Below are positions 9,071 to 17,880 of a DNA stretch of 64,000 nt, piece by piece. The stretch lies in IMG/VR virus record IMGVR_UViG_3300042568_000085; one strand, written 5' to 3'. The notes under the pieces are model-generated. The model worked only from the letters and a program-made list of their open reading frames with translations. It did not search any database and had not been told where the DNA came from. Each line of letters begins with the position of its first letter. Position 1 is the first letter of the stretch. The translations under genes and the position numbers were made by a program. The stretch comes from an uncultured virus (IMG/VR IMGVR_UViG_3300042568_000085). Its lineage: Duplodnaviria > Heunggongvirae > Uroviricota > Caudoviricetes.

Positions 9071-10420
9071 TCAGGTAGCTGTACCTGTTGAGCGATAACG
9101 AACACCTGCGTTTGGATCACGAACACTGACGGCCAATCTCTTTTCGCCGAAAAATGTTATAAATCCTGGAAGTGTCTGGTCATAGCGGCGCATAACCATA
9201 TTCAACCTGTCTACCGTGGTGTGAAAACGCGACCAATCAGCAAAATACATTGGGTACAGGCTGTTAGTGCCAGCAGCGCCAGTTGTGGCTTGGAACGGAG
9301 TATCCAAATACTTGTTCATAACCACATCAAAGCCGAGCATTCGACCAATGATGCCATCAGGAATCAACGACTCAGTAGAGTTGAAGATTGGGCGACCGTT
9401 AGTATCTTGCAGACCACGGATAGCTTGAGCCAAAACAGGACTAACCATAAACTTGGCGTTACTGGTCCAATACTGTTGCGGCAAAGCCATTACCAAGTTA
9501 ATAACATCTTTGTATTGGATGTTATTAGCACCGACAGTGTTGGCGTTGGTAGTGATCTGGTCATAAGTAGCCAGCGAGTGCAGACCGCTTGTAGAGCCAG
9601 TGCCAGAAGTGCCAAAAGCAGCAGCAGAAGTTGTACCACCAGTGTAAGTGGCGTTAGAACCACCGTAACTATCAAGGCCACGCAAACCGTTTGTTCCACC
9701 GTAAGGGTTGCTCACGGATTGTGCAGCTTGGTCATTATTCTGAATTGCCGAAAGTGCCTCTGACTGACTGAATGAGGCCAGCATGTCGTCAACAACCACA
9801 GCTTCCAAACCATCAATGTCGTCCAGCGCAGCAGTACGAATTGGGAACTGCACGTTCAGGTCTTGCAAAACCAATTGCCAGATGCTTGTGTCTTCAGTGG
9901 TGGTTGCACCGTTGTTCTGGATCGCATAGCCCCATGCTTCACCCGGATTTCCTGTGCGCACACGAAACTGGTACGAGGAACCGTCAGTAGCCACAGTGCG
10001 AGACAGACCACGCAACGGGTTCATCAGACGCAGGGCCGTAAATGTTGGATCGTAGCCAGTACGACCACCCTTACCATCACCGCCACCTGTCAGAGCAGAG
10101 GCTTCTTTCAGGTACGCATCCATTTGGGCTTCGTCTGCAAAGATTTGCAGTTCTTTTTCCAGACGGTTGTTACCTTTGTAAAAGGTAGACAGTTGCTCAC
10201 GCACCGAACGGTTCACATCTTGGCGAACAGTTTTGGCGGGTGTGCGAATGAACTCGGGCATTTGGATAGAAGCAACTTTGGCTTCCAGAGCAGACACCAT
10301 TTCGCTGAATTCAGCTTTGACAGCCTCAACAGCAGCAGGGATTTTGGCTTCAACAGCAGAGATACCTTCGGCTTGTTTAGCTTCGATGGCATCCAATTTT
10401 TCGAGGATAACTTGAGACAT
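9071..10420 (-). CDS. Major capsid protein, HK97 fold, with N-terminal coiled-coil delta domain
   Basis: Follows the protease; IRGLQDTNGRPIF, MLGFDV and FADWSR motifs. Confidence 0.92.
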   Translation of the reverse strand: MSQVILEKLDAIEAKQAEGISAVEAKIPAAVEAVKAEFSEMVSALEAKVASIQMPEFIRTPAKTVRQDVNRSVREQLSTFYKGNNRLEKELQIFADEAQMDAYLKEASALTGGGDGKGGRTGYDPTFTALRLMNPLRGLSRTVATDGSSYQFRVRTGNPGEAWGYAIQNNGATTTEDTSIWQLVLQDLNVQFPIRTAALDDIDGLEAVVVDDMLASFSQSEALSAIQNNDQAAQSVSNPYGGTNGLRGLDSYGGSNATYTGGTTSAAAFGTSGTGSTSGLHSLATYDQITTNANTVGANNIQYKDVINLVMALPQQYWTSNAKFMVSPVLAQAIRGLQDTNGRPIFNSTESLIPDGIIGRMLGFDVVMNKYLDTPFQATTGAAGTNSLYPMYFADWSRFHTTVDRLNMVMRRYDQTLPGFITFFGEKRLAVSVRDPNAGVRYRSTGTAT

Positions 10421-10423
10421 GAT

Positions 10424-11206
10424 TTAACCTTTAAGACGTTTATCAAGGAGTTTGAGAAGTTCACGTTGCTCAAGAGCAGCGAGAATTTCAGCTTCGGTTG
10501 CCTCCGCATCAGAATCACTCTGAGTTGGCGCATTTTCAATAGGCTTTTCAACAGCATCACGCTGTTCAATCACCGTCTTGAACACAGATGCGGCGGCAAC
10601 CGACATCTGCTTGGACAGACCTGCATCCCGCAAGGCTTCTTCCAATACTTTCAAATCAGCAGAGCCATCAGGTCGGAAATACTCCAACTTTTTGATTTCT
10701 GCTTTCATGTTATTGGGGTGCATGACAACGCTAGTCTCTCGCAAACCACCTTTTGTGATTTGGAAATATGCTTCGTCTGATTGGTCTGGTTCGCCAGCAG
10801 CATTGACCATTTGATATTCTTCAGCATAAGCACCAACAGAAACACCGCCAAACATATTGGGGCTTTCTTTCATCACTTGGTACAGATCAGAGCCAGTTGT
10901 GGTGTTCAGATACAGGCGACCAGAAGCATTCATGCCCTCGTCATCCATCTCAATGCTTGTCCACTCGCCAACAGGGATAGCGTCAGCATTGTGATTGACG
11001 TACATAGGCAGTGGTCGGCCTGATGCAGCAAACTCTTTGGCCCACTGCATAAAGCCTTCTGGCTTGTAGAAAAACTTACGACCATCAGCGCCTTCTCGTG
11101 CGCCCCAAGTCGTAATGCGAGCCTCAATCTGTCCAGACGGTTGACCGTTGTCGGCTTTCTCGTTGAGATTTAGCTTGGCTTCGCAGATAAGATTCAATGT
11201 CTTCAT
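10424..11206 (-). CDS. HK97-family prohead protease
   Basis: PMYVNH, PVGEW, GVSVG, LRETSVVMHPNN motifs; between portal and capsid. Confidence 0.9.
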   Translation of the reverse strand: MKTLNLICEAKLNLNEKADNGQPSGQIEARITTWGAREGADGRKFFYKPEGFMQWAKEFAASGRPLPMYVNHNADAIPVGEWTSIEMDDEGMNASGRLYLNTTTGSDLYQVMKESPNMFGGVSVGAYAEEYQMVNAAGEPDQSDEAYFQITKGGLRETSVVMHPNNMKAEIKKLEYFRPDGSADLKVLEEALRDAGLSKQMSVAAASVFKTVIEQRDAVEKPIENAPTQSDSDAEATEAEILAALEQRELLKLLDKRLKG

Positions 11207-11342
11207 TGATTGCCCCTAAAGCAATTGATTGGTTATTGTCCTGTATTTTAGGGGGTTGCCCTAGAAGTACAGGCAACTGTTTAGGTCGTTTGACCTGTTT
11301 GGCTAATGCTACCAGATATTGTGTATCAGTACGCATAATATA

Positions 11343-12740
11343 TCAAGTAGTGCCAATGTTCATTTTTTTGGTCTGATTACCACCGCCGCCACCAGTATCT
11401 TTGGGGCTAGTACCTGCAATTGGATCAACAGGCTCTGGCTCTTTAACCAACTCATCACCACCCTCAACAGATGGCAGATTCATGTAGTTCCGGGCTTCGT
11501 TCGGGGTCATAATGCCACCCTTCACGCCAGAAGTAGCAAAGTTCATCTGGTCCAAAGGCGCACCCTTCAGGAAGTCCTTGGTGTCAAACTCCACGCACAA
11601 AGACGGGTAGCCTTCCAGCAAATGCTGAGTCAACTTCTGCTGAATGTTGACAATTGTGGGGTACATGGTGGTCTTGTAAAACTCGTCCAAAGCAGTTTGG
11701 CTGTTGTTGAACTTGCCATCATGTATGCCGATCATGGAAGGCGGCACACCAAACAAACCGCAGATTCGGCGCATAGTCATCAGTTTCAAAGCAGCCGCAT
11801 CAGTGTCCTGCAAGGTCAGCATTTCCAGTTTCTGATACTTCATGCCCTGATCCAGCAACATGCCCTGACCCGGCTTGCTAGGGTCACTGGTCTTGCTGCC
11901 AGTCATGTTGTTCCACGCCTCTTTCAGACGGGCGGCAATCTCTTTGTACTTGCCATCAGGAATAACCTGATCGGTGACAAACATGCCGGATGGCTTCGCG
12001 CCGTTCTGCATTACAAAGTTGGCGTACAGGTCAATGTCTTGGTCCAGACCAACCAACTCAGTCGCCAAAATAGCTTTGTTAAAACCAGCCGAGCCTTGCC
12101 ATGCCATTTCCTTGCCGTGCATGACTTGGAAATACTTGAACTCATGGTCTTTGTTAAAACCATAGCTAGGCGTAGACAGACGGAATGTTGGATAACGTGT
12201 AGGCGTGATGTTCACCGCAATCAGCGTTGAATCCAGCACATACATCTCAAGCGGAGTTTCAGTAGAACTGTTCTGGTCTTTCCTCCACCACAGGGTAAAG
12301 GCTTCACCAGACAACTCGTACCACATCAGCCACTGATACCAAAACTCATACTTGCTCTGAAAGTTGTTTGGCGTGTTTAGCAGACGAGCAACCTGTTTGG
12401 CTTTGGCTTTGTCTCGCGTTCCTACGCCTTCACCTTTGACAGCATCAACGGTTTTACCGTCTGCCATTTCGCAGCAAATCTTGATCGGCAACTGAGCCAA
12501 AGCACGGGCTTTTACCCCCACGCAGGACATGATTGTGCTGTTTCTGGTCAGCACAGACATATCCACCGGGCGACCAGCAGTTGTGGTGCTGGCAGTGGTC
12601 ACATAGAGGATTTGGGTGTTGACACCACCACGTTTGTCACTACCCTGATAAACAATGTTGTTACCAAGGGCTGTCTGACCGAACAAAGTATTGCTCTCAG
12701 ACTGAGTGTTTTTGCGCTTGAAAATGTCAAAAATTGCCAT
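11343..12740 (-). CDS. HK97-family portal protein
   Basis: LLNTPNNFQS, NGAKPSG, ICGLFGVPPSMIG, MTPNEAR motifs. Confidence 0.95.
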   Translation of the reverse strand: MAIFDIFKRKNTQSESNTLFGQTALGNNIVYQGSDKRGGVNTQILYVTTASTTTAGRPVDMSVLTRNSTIMSCVGVKARALAQLPIKICCEMADGKTVDAVKGEGVGTRDKAKAKQVARLLNTPNNFQSKYEFWYQWLMWYELSGEAFTLWWRKDQNSSTETPLEMYVLDSTLIAVNITPTRYPTFRLSTPSYGFNKDHEFKYFQVMHGKEMAWQGSAGFNKAILATELVGLDQDIDLYANFVMQNGAKPSGMFVTDQVIPDGKYKEIAARLKEAWNNMTGSKTSDPSKPGQGMLLDQGMKYQKLEMLTLQDTDAAALKLMTMRRICGLFGVPPSMIGIHDGKFNNSQTALDEFYKTTMYPTIVNIQQKLTQHLLEGYPSLCVEFDTKDFLKGAPLDQMNFATSGVKGGIMTPNEARNYMNLPSVEGGDELVKEPEPVDPIAGTSPKDTGGGGGNQTKKMNIGTT

Positions 12741-12764
12741 GATTTCCCCTCAATTTCCTACACT

Positions 12765-14444
12765 TTACCACTCTAGCGACCTAAAGCCAAATGATTCACT
12801 GACAAATACGTTATCCAAATGGCAATGCAAAGCCATAATCATGGCAATAATACCGTCCACTTTGGCTGACGGGTCTGCTTCGTTCTTCCTGACCTTCACG
12901 TTTCCGTTGACATCGGTGTAAACCTCGCAGTTTCCAAGCTGCCAACCAACAAACGGGTTGCCATCATGGTGAATTGCCTTCTTCAGAATCAGTTGCTCAG
13001 TAGTCTTAGACGGGTTTGACAGCATAGCCATGCCCTGACCAACCTTTTTTACAGGCAAGCCATCAGCGTACAGGTTTGCCACCAAAGCAGCGGCGTTGTA
13101 CGGGTCATACGCAATTTCTTTGACGTTGTACTTTTCACATTCCTGTTTGATGTAGTTCTGAATCTCGGTCAGGTCAGTTACGTTACCCGGCGTAAGCCTC
13201 AATATGCCAGTTGACTTGGCCTGTAAAAATATACTCTTGTAGTGGTTCGGAATTAGCTCAATGCTTTCTTCCGGTAGAAAGAATTGGAACTTGGCATAAA
13301 AGTTTTCTTCGCTGTACCTGTGCAAAGTACAGACAGCGTTCAAGTCCCGAGTGTGCGCCAAGTCAAACGCAACAAATGTTGATTCTGGTTTGTCAGTTGG
13401 GAATGGCGCAATTGATTCATCCCAATACCTACGGTCAACCCATGCAGAGTTAGCCGACACATAGATATTCAACTGTTTGCACAAGAACTCGTTTAGGCTT
13501 GCTGGCTTGGCAGACGCTTCTTCAGCCATCTGCTGAATGTGCTGAGTCGTGACCGATACCCCAAGCATCGGGTTCGCTTTGCCCCATACCGCAGGGTCAG
13601 CCCAATTATCTCCGGGATCAATGCTATACAGTAGACCAAACCAGCGAAAGCTATCAGCAGAAGCGCCACGCAGGACAGTACGAAAGTGGGAAAGGTCTTC
13701 AAAGAACTTGGTTTCCTTAGTGAAGCTGGCAGTTGTCAGGTACATACGCAGCGGGTTTTTCCGAGCGCCCATACCCGAATGCAACACCTCAATTGACTGT
13801 CTCTCAGTAATCTGAGCAGCCTCGTCAATCATGGCGCAAGACGGGTTCTTGCCGTCACCAGTCTTACGGTTCTCCCGTGACAGCGCCCGGTAAGTAGAGG
13901 TCGAGTCGCCAGCCTTCTTCAATTCACTACGGTAAGCAATAAACTTAGCCCCCAACTCGGGCCTCATGTTTTCTACGATAGCCTTGGACGAATCAAAGCA
14001 AATAGACGCTTGATCCCGGTTAGTAGCCAGAGTAAACACTTCAGCTCCAGCATCACCAAACTGCAACTCATACAGCGCAATGATGGACGCAATGGTTGTC
14101 TTGCCAGATTTACGAGGCACGAACAAAATGACATCGGTGACATATCGGTATGTGTGGTCTTTCCTGTCCCTGAACCCGTAGATAGCCGCCAAGTACATTA
14201 CCTGAAACGGCTGTAGCTCAATGGATTTCCCGGCATCCGGGCCTTTTACATGGCGGCAGAATTTGACGAATTTGAGGATGTGTTCAGCCTTGGCAGGGAC
14301 AAACTCGTAAGGCGCATCCTTACGCTCGACCATATCCAAGAACCGTTGGCAAGCTAGTTTGACATCCTCACACGCCTGAATGTCACCCCTAGTTACCGCT
14401 ACCGCATACTCAAACGCAGGGTTAAGCAGTGGCGAATAGCTCAT
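12765..14444 (-). CDS. terL: Terminase large subunit (Terminase_1 type)
   Basis: Walker A VPRKSGKT, Walker B MIDE, nuclease motifs AFDLA...DL, YDPYNA, KVDGIIA. Confidence 0.95.
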   Translation of the reverse strand: MSYSPLLNPAFEYAVAVTRGDIQACEDVKLACQRFLDMVERKDAPYEFVPAKAEHILKFVKFCRHVKGPDAGKSIELQPFQVMYLAAIYGFRDRKDHTYRYVTDVILFVPRKSGKTTIASIIALYELQFGDAGAEVFTLATNRDQASICFDSSKAIVENMRPELGAKFIAYRSELKKAGDSTSTYRALSRENRKTGDGKNPSCAMIDEAAQITERQSIEVLHSGMGARKNPLRMYLTTASFTKETKFFEDLSHFRTVLRGASADSFRWFGLLYSIDPGDNWADPAVWGKANPMLGVSVTTQHIQQMAEEASAKPASLNEFLCKQLNIYVSANSAWVDRRYWDESIAPFPTDKPESTFVAFDLAHTRDLNAVCTLHRYSEENFYAKFQFFLPEESIELIPNHYKSIFLQAKSTGILRLTPGNVTDLTEIQNYIKQECEKYNVKEIAYDPYNAAALVANLYADGLPVKKVGQGMAMLSNPSKTTEQLILKKAIHHDGNPFVGWQLGNCEVYTDVNGNVKVRKNEADPSAKVDGIIAMIMALHCHLDNVFVSESFGFRSLEW

Positions 14445-14793
14445 CTACATCACTCACTTTTGCCTTCAACTTCGGGCGACCACGGGCCACAAGACCTAGT
14501 TCAGCCAGCATCTTGATAGCCTTGTCAGCCATCTCAGTGCGAATCTTGAACCAAGCTGTCACGCCCTCGTTGTTGCCGTACACGGTGACATGGCCTCTGT
14601 CTCGGATGTTGATTTCAGCAGTCAGCAAGCTGTCAACCGTGATGACCAATGCGCCAACCAACAGTTCATCAGATGCCGTGAGTGTTCCTGTCGAGGCTTC
14701 GACTTCAGCGCGAATGGCTGTTTCAAACGCTGCTTTGTCCCAAGTGGACGGGTCGTTTAAGTAGCCAAGAATGTGACGAGGTTTTTTTGCCAT
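14422..14793 (-). CDS. terS: Terminase small subunit (P27-like)
   Basis: Upstream of and overlapping terL; start MAKKPRH; ELGL...R C-terminal motif. Confidence 0.8.
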   Translation of the reverse strand: MAKKPRHILGYLNDPSTWDKAAFETAIRAEVEASTGTLTASDELLVGALVITVDSLLTAEINIRDRGHVTVYGNNEGVTAWFKIRTEMADKAIKMLAELGLVARGRPKLKAKVSDVDELFATA

Positions 14794-15065
14794 AAGTTGA
14801 GTTCCTTTTGTCTTGTCATGCTTTAGCGTACCACATTTGGGGAATTCCCACAAAATACTCCCCCCTCTTGACTTTGTTCCCCTACGGATTCGTCCCCGCG
14901 CCTGCTCCTACGCCAAAAGCGACACTTTTAGTTTCTAATCTGTCACTTGATACTGCATGGGTACTGCTTTTTAAGGCATGGCGTGGCTTGATGATGCTGT
15001 ATTGCAAACCCAAGCATTACATAATTTGGCGTGTGCTGTATAGATGCACAGGATGACGGTGGATA

Positions 15066-15491
15066 CTAGATAGAAGTAATTACATAGTGATAATCAGACA
15101 GGCAATAATCTTTTTCACCATTGACTGTGTAATGTCTGAATATCCCTTTCAATTCAAGACCAGATTTAAATGAATGATGTGATTCACAAAGGCTTTGAAA
15201 GATATTTATTTTGAATGCCTGTTCACCTAATGCAGACCATTTGAATAGATGGTCTATATGCTCTGCTTGAGTTATCTGGTTATTTAATAAACAGGCTTGG
15301 CACAGTGGCTGTTTAGATAACTGTGCTGTTCTTTGTCTTGCCCATGCTGCTGTTTTGTAATGGGCATTGAATCGCTGCCTGTCTTGGGTGGTGGTCTTAG
15401 GTGGTGAATGCTCTGCACAAAAGGCACTGCCTTTAATGGATGGTGCTTTGCAGTGGTATCTGCTGCACTGTGTGGGTGGTGTCATAGGCAT
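15066..15491 (-). CDS. HNH endonuclease associated with the terminase (HK97 gp74-like)
   Basis: YKTAAW...QPLCQAC...HIDH...FQSLCESHHS; adjacent to terS. Confidence 0.85.
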   Translation of the reverse strand: MPMTPPTQCSRYHCKAPSIKGSAFCAEHSPPKTTTQDRQRFNAHYKTAAWARQRTAQLSKQPLCQACLLNNQITQAEHIDHLFKWSALGEQAFKINIFQSLCESHHSFKSGLELKGIFRHYTVNGEKDYCLSDYHYVITSI

Positions 15492-15498
15492 TTATAAA

Positions 15499-15629
15499 TT
15501 ATGCACATTTTATCCACAAAGGGCCAGGTTATCCACAGATGTGCAAGATGTGGGCCAGAGTTATGCACAGGTTTTCAGTCTTATATAAGACTTAAATCTG
15601 TGGATTGATAGCACTAGCAGTGTGGATAA
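15499..15629. promoter_or_regulatory. Cluster of five DnaA boxes (TTATNCACA) plus a 16-bp palindrome
   Basis: TTATGCACA 15499 and 15561, TTATCCACA 15510 and 15529, TGTGGATAA 15621; AGTCTTATATAAGACT 15577-15592. Confidence 0.75.
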
Positions 15630-15797
15630 CTTTTTCTAAGGGGTAAGTATGGGCAAAGCCAAAAACGTCTTAAAAGGGCTTTAAAGGGCTTCTATGGGCC
15701 TTTGTAGAAAAGAGACAAAGAAGCATAGTTTTTTGTTGATAACTTGCCTTATATATAGTGAAATAGAGACCCCTTTGTTTTTTATAGGAGATTCTCA

Positions 15798-16043
15798 ATG
15801 TCAACTTTCGGCTATGCACCCTTTTATTTCACCACTGGTCGCACCTATGACGCACCACAAGTGCTGCTTATCACTGTTGAACAGAAAAAAACTGACATAT
15901 ATGGACTGACTGACATCGTTGCCACATTTAAAGACGCATCGCGCCACATCTCAGGCCGAATCGAAACCATCTTGTTTCCCGGTGGTCTCATTGGCGAAGC
16001 AGTGTTGAAGGAATATGACGCTGGCAACTATTCCCCTTTGTAA
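15798..16043 (+). CDS. Hypothetical early protein
   Basis: 81 aa, strong AGGAG RBS. Confidence 0.7.
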   Translation: MSTFGYAPFYFTTGRTYDAPQVLLITVEQKKTDIYGLTDIVATFKDASRHISGRIETILFPGGLIGEAVLKEYDAGNYSPL

Positions 16044-16069
16044 CTTCAAACCTTTAAGGAGAAAACACC

Positions 16070-16294
16070 ATGAAATATCAACCAGCTTTCAACGTATGGG
16101 CCATGCCTGATGCCTTCTACAAGCACATCCAGCCCGGTCAATGGGTCTATGCAGGAGACAAGACTAACAAGGGCATCTTCTTAGGTGTCAAGAAGTCAGG
16201 CACTGTGGTGGTGGCTTGGTATCAAAACGCTAAGTCACACAAGTCATTTAGGGACTATGTGAAGACCCTGCACAACTATGCATCTGTTAAATAA
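16070..16294 (+). CDS. Hypothetical early protein
   Basis: 74 aa, TAAGGAG RBS. Confidence 0.7.
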   Translation: MKYQPAFNVWAMPDAFYKHIQPGQWVYAGDKTNKGIFLGVKKSGTVVVAWYQNAKSHKSFRDYVKTLHNYASVK

Positions 16295-16306
16295 GGAGAT
16301 ACCAAA

Positions 16307-16591
16307 ATGAAAGCCTACAAGCACTTAATCAAGCACTGCCTGTCTATGGGCTGCACTGTCTCTGTGTGGGATGGTGAGGAATGGCAGGTCAAAAGAAGCA
16401 CTGGTTACAAGGCCATCATTGATGCCATTGAATCAGTAGAAGAAGCACAGCTAAGAATCAGACAGAAAGATGCTGTCATTGGATGGGCCTTGGTGTCTGC
16501 CTTTGGCCTTGAAGATGATGAAACAGTGGTAGACCATACTTGCACATCATTTATGGATGAATGGTCAGATATTTATTCAGAAACCATTTAA
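16307..16591 (+). CDS. Hypothetical early protein
   Basis: 94 aa, TAAGGAG RBS. Confidence 0.7.
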   Translation: MKAYKHLIKHCLSMGCTVSVWDGEEWQVKRSTGYKAIIDAIESVEEAQLRIRQKDAVIGWALVSAFGLEDDETVVDHTCTSFMDEWSDIYSETI

Positions 16592-16604
16592 AGGAGAAAC
16601 CAAA

Positions 16605-16700
16605 ATGAAAGAAACATTAATTGATATCTGCTTTGCAGTATTTTTGGGCTTAGTGCTGTGCTTTGTTGCACTCCATAGCCTTGATGCCCTTTTTTATTAA
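16605..16700 (+). CDS. Small single-TM peptide (MKETLIDICFAVFLGLVLCFVALHSLDALFY)
   Basis: 31 aa ORF translated by hand; AAGGAG RBS; hydrophobic. Confidence 0.6.
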   Translation: MKETLIDICFAVFLGLVLCFVALHSLDALFY

Positions 16701-16725
16701 TCAACCAAAGACAAGAGAAAACAAA

Positions 16726-17376
16726 ATGCAAAAAATATTCATGCTCAAAAAAGTAGCATCTACTATCAATGGTGGATTAACTCAGACTTCTAAGATGCCT
16801 TGTAAGTCTTATTCTCTGCCTACACTGGCATGCAAGACAGGCTTCAAGATGGCACAGATTAAAGGCAGCATTTGCAGCACTTGCTATGCAGATAAGGGCT
16901 TCTACTCTATGTATCAAAACACCATACAACCAGCACAGCACGCTAGATTAGATTCTCTCTCTAGTGAGTATTGGGTGTCTTCTATGGTGGCTTTAATAGG
17001 TGCTGATGCTTTCTTCAGATGGCACGACAGTGGAGACCTGCAGGGTCTGTGGCATTTGGAGAAAATAGCACAGGTAGCAGCAGAGACACCAGACACCATG
17101 CACTGGTTACCTACTAGAGAATATGCAATGGTTAAAGAATATATCTCTAAATATGGAAGCCTTCCTGATAATCTGATCATTCGGTTATCTGCTATGTATC
17201 CTGATCAACCAGTAAAAGTGCCTTCAAGCCTTCAAGGGATTAAGAATATTACTGTGTCTAATGTCCATACTAAAAACCCTGTAGGAGAAGCTTGTAAAGC
17301 ACCATCACAAGGTGGAGAGTGCAGAGAGTGCAGGGTCTGCTGGTCTGCTGTGCCTGTGTCTTATGAGTTGCATTAA
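16726..17376 (+). CDS. GP88-like Cys-rich (putative Fe-S) protein
   Basis: TSKMP...SLP..AC.TG...SICSTCYA...FRWHDSGD...HWLPTRE...C..CR.CW pattern. Confidence 0.75.
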   Translation: MQKIFMLKKVASTINGGLTQTSKMPCKSYSLPTLACKTGFKMAQIKGSICSTCYADKGFYSMYQNTIQPAQHARLDSLSSEYWVSSMVALIGADAFFRWHDSGDLQGLWHLEKIAQVAAETPDTMHWLPTREYAMVKEYISKYGSLPDNLIIRLSAMYPDQPVKVPSSLQGIKNITVSNVHTKNPVGEACKAPSQGGECRECRVCWSAVPVSYELH

Positions 17377-17390
17377 TAGGAGATTTAAAA

Positions 17391-17600
17391 ATGATATTTA
17401 CAGATATTGAACATGAGTTTTTACGGGTTGTGCCTTTTCCTGTTAATCAGCCATTGATGAATGGAAAGATTCAATTACAGATTAAAACACCACAAGGCAA
17501 AACAAAACTGATTGAGATTTCACCATCACAATTCAAAGCCATTGAAAAAATGGTTTGTTATGGGTGGACACCAGTTTTTAATGAGGAGATTTCCAAATGA
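17391..17600 (+). CDS. Hypothetical protein
   Basis: 69 aa, AGGAG RBS. Confidence 0.6.
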   Translation: MIFTDIEHEFLRVVPFPVNQPLMNGKIQLQIKTPQGKTKLIEISPSQFKAIEKMVCYGWTPVFNEEISK

Positions 17601-17833
17601 GTTACTTTTCCGAATTAGATATTGAATTACAAGAGAAGGCAGATTACAAAATGCCAAAAGAAATCTGCATTAACTCTGTAGGGGTTTGCCTTGACGATAC
17701 AGGCCAGCCTGTGCAGCTTTATATTGTTGATACTATATTGGGATGTGGTTTACTGGATGTTTTTCTTTTAAATGGGCCAGAAGATCAAGAGCCAAGAGAA
17801 GTGCATCGAGATGACTTTTGGGTTTTGACTTAA
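17597..17833 (+). CDS. Hypothetical acidic protein
   Basis: 78 aa, GAGGAG RBS, ATGA overlap. Confidence 0.6.
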   Translation: MSYFSELDIELQEKADYKMPKEICINSVGVCLDDTGQPVQLYIVDTILGCGLLDVFLLNGPEDQEPREVHRDDFWVLT

Positions 17834-17834
17834 T

Positions 17835-17874
17835 AAACCCAAGAATACCCGGATTCTTTCCGGGTTTTTTTGGG
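17835..17874 (+). terminator. Intrinsic terminator ending the early operon
   Basis: ACCCGGA/TCCGGGT stem followed by a T-run. Confidence 0.75.
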
Positions 17875-17880
17875 CTTGCT

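Noticed and set aside
9863..12230. Long plus-strand ORFs opposite capsid, protease and portal
   Set aside because: Antisense shadows without RBS or recognisable motifs
15011..15042. Possible second dif-like site (minus strand ...GCCAAA-TTATGTAATGC)
   Set aside because: Only the XerD-like arm resembles consensus; the XerC arm is too poor to call
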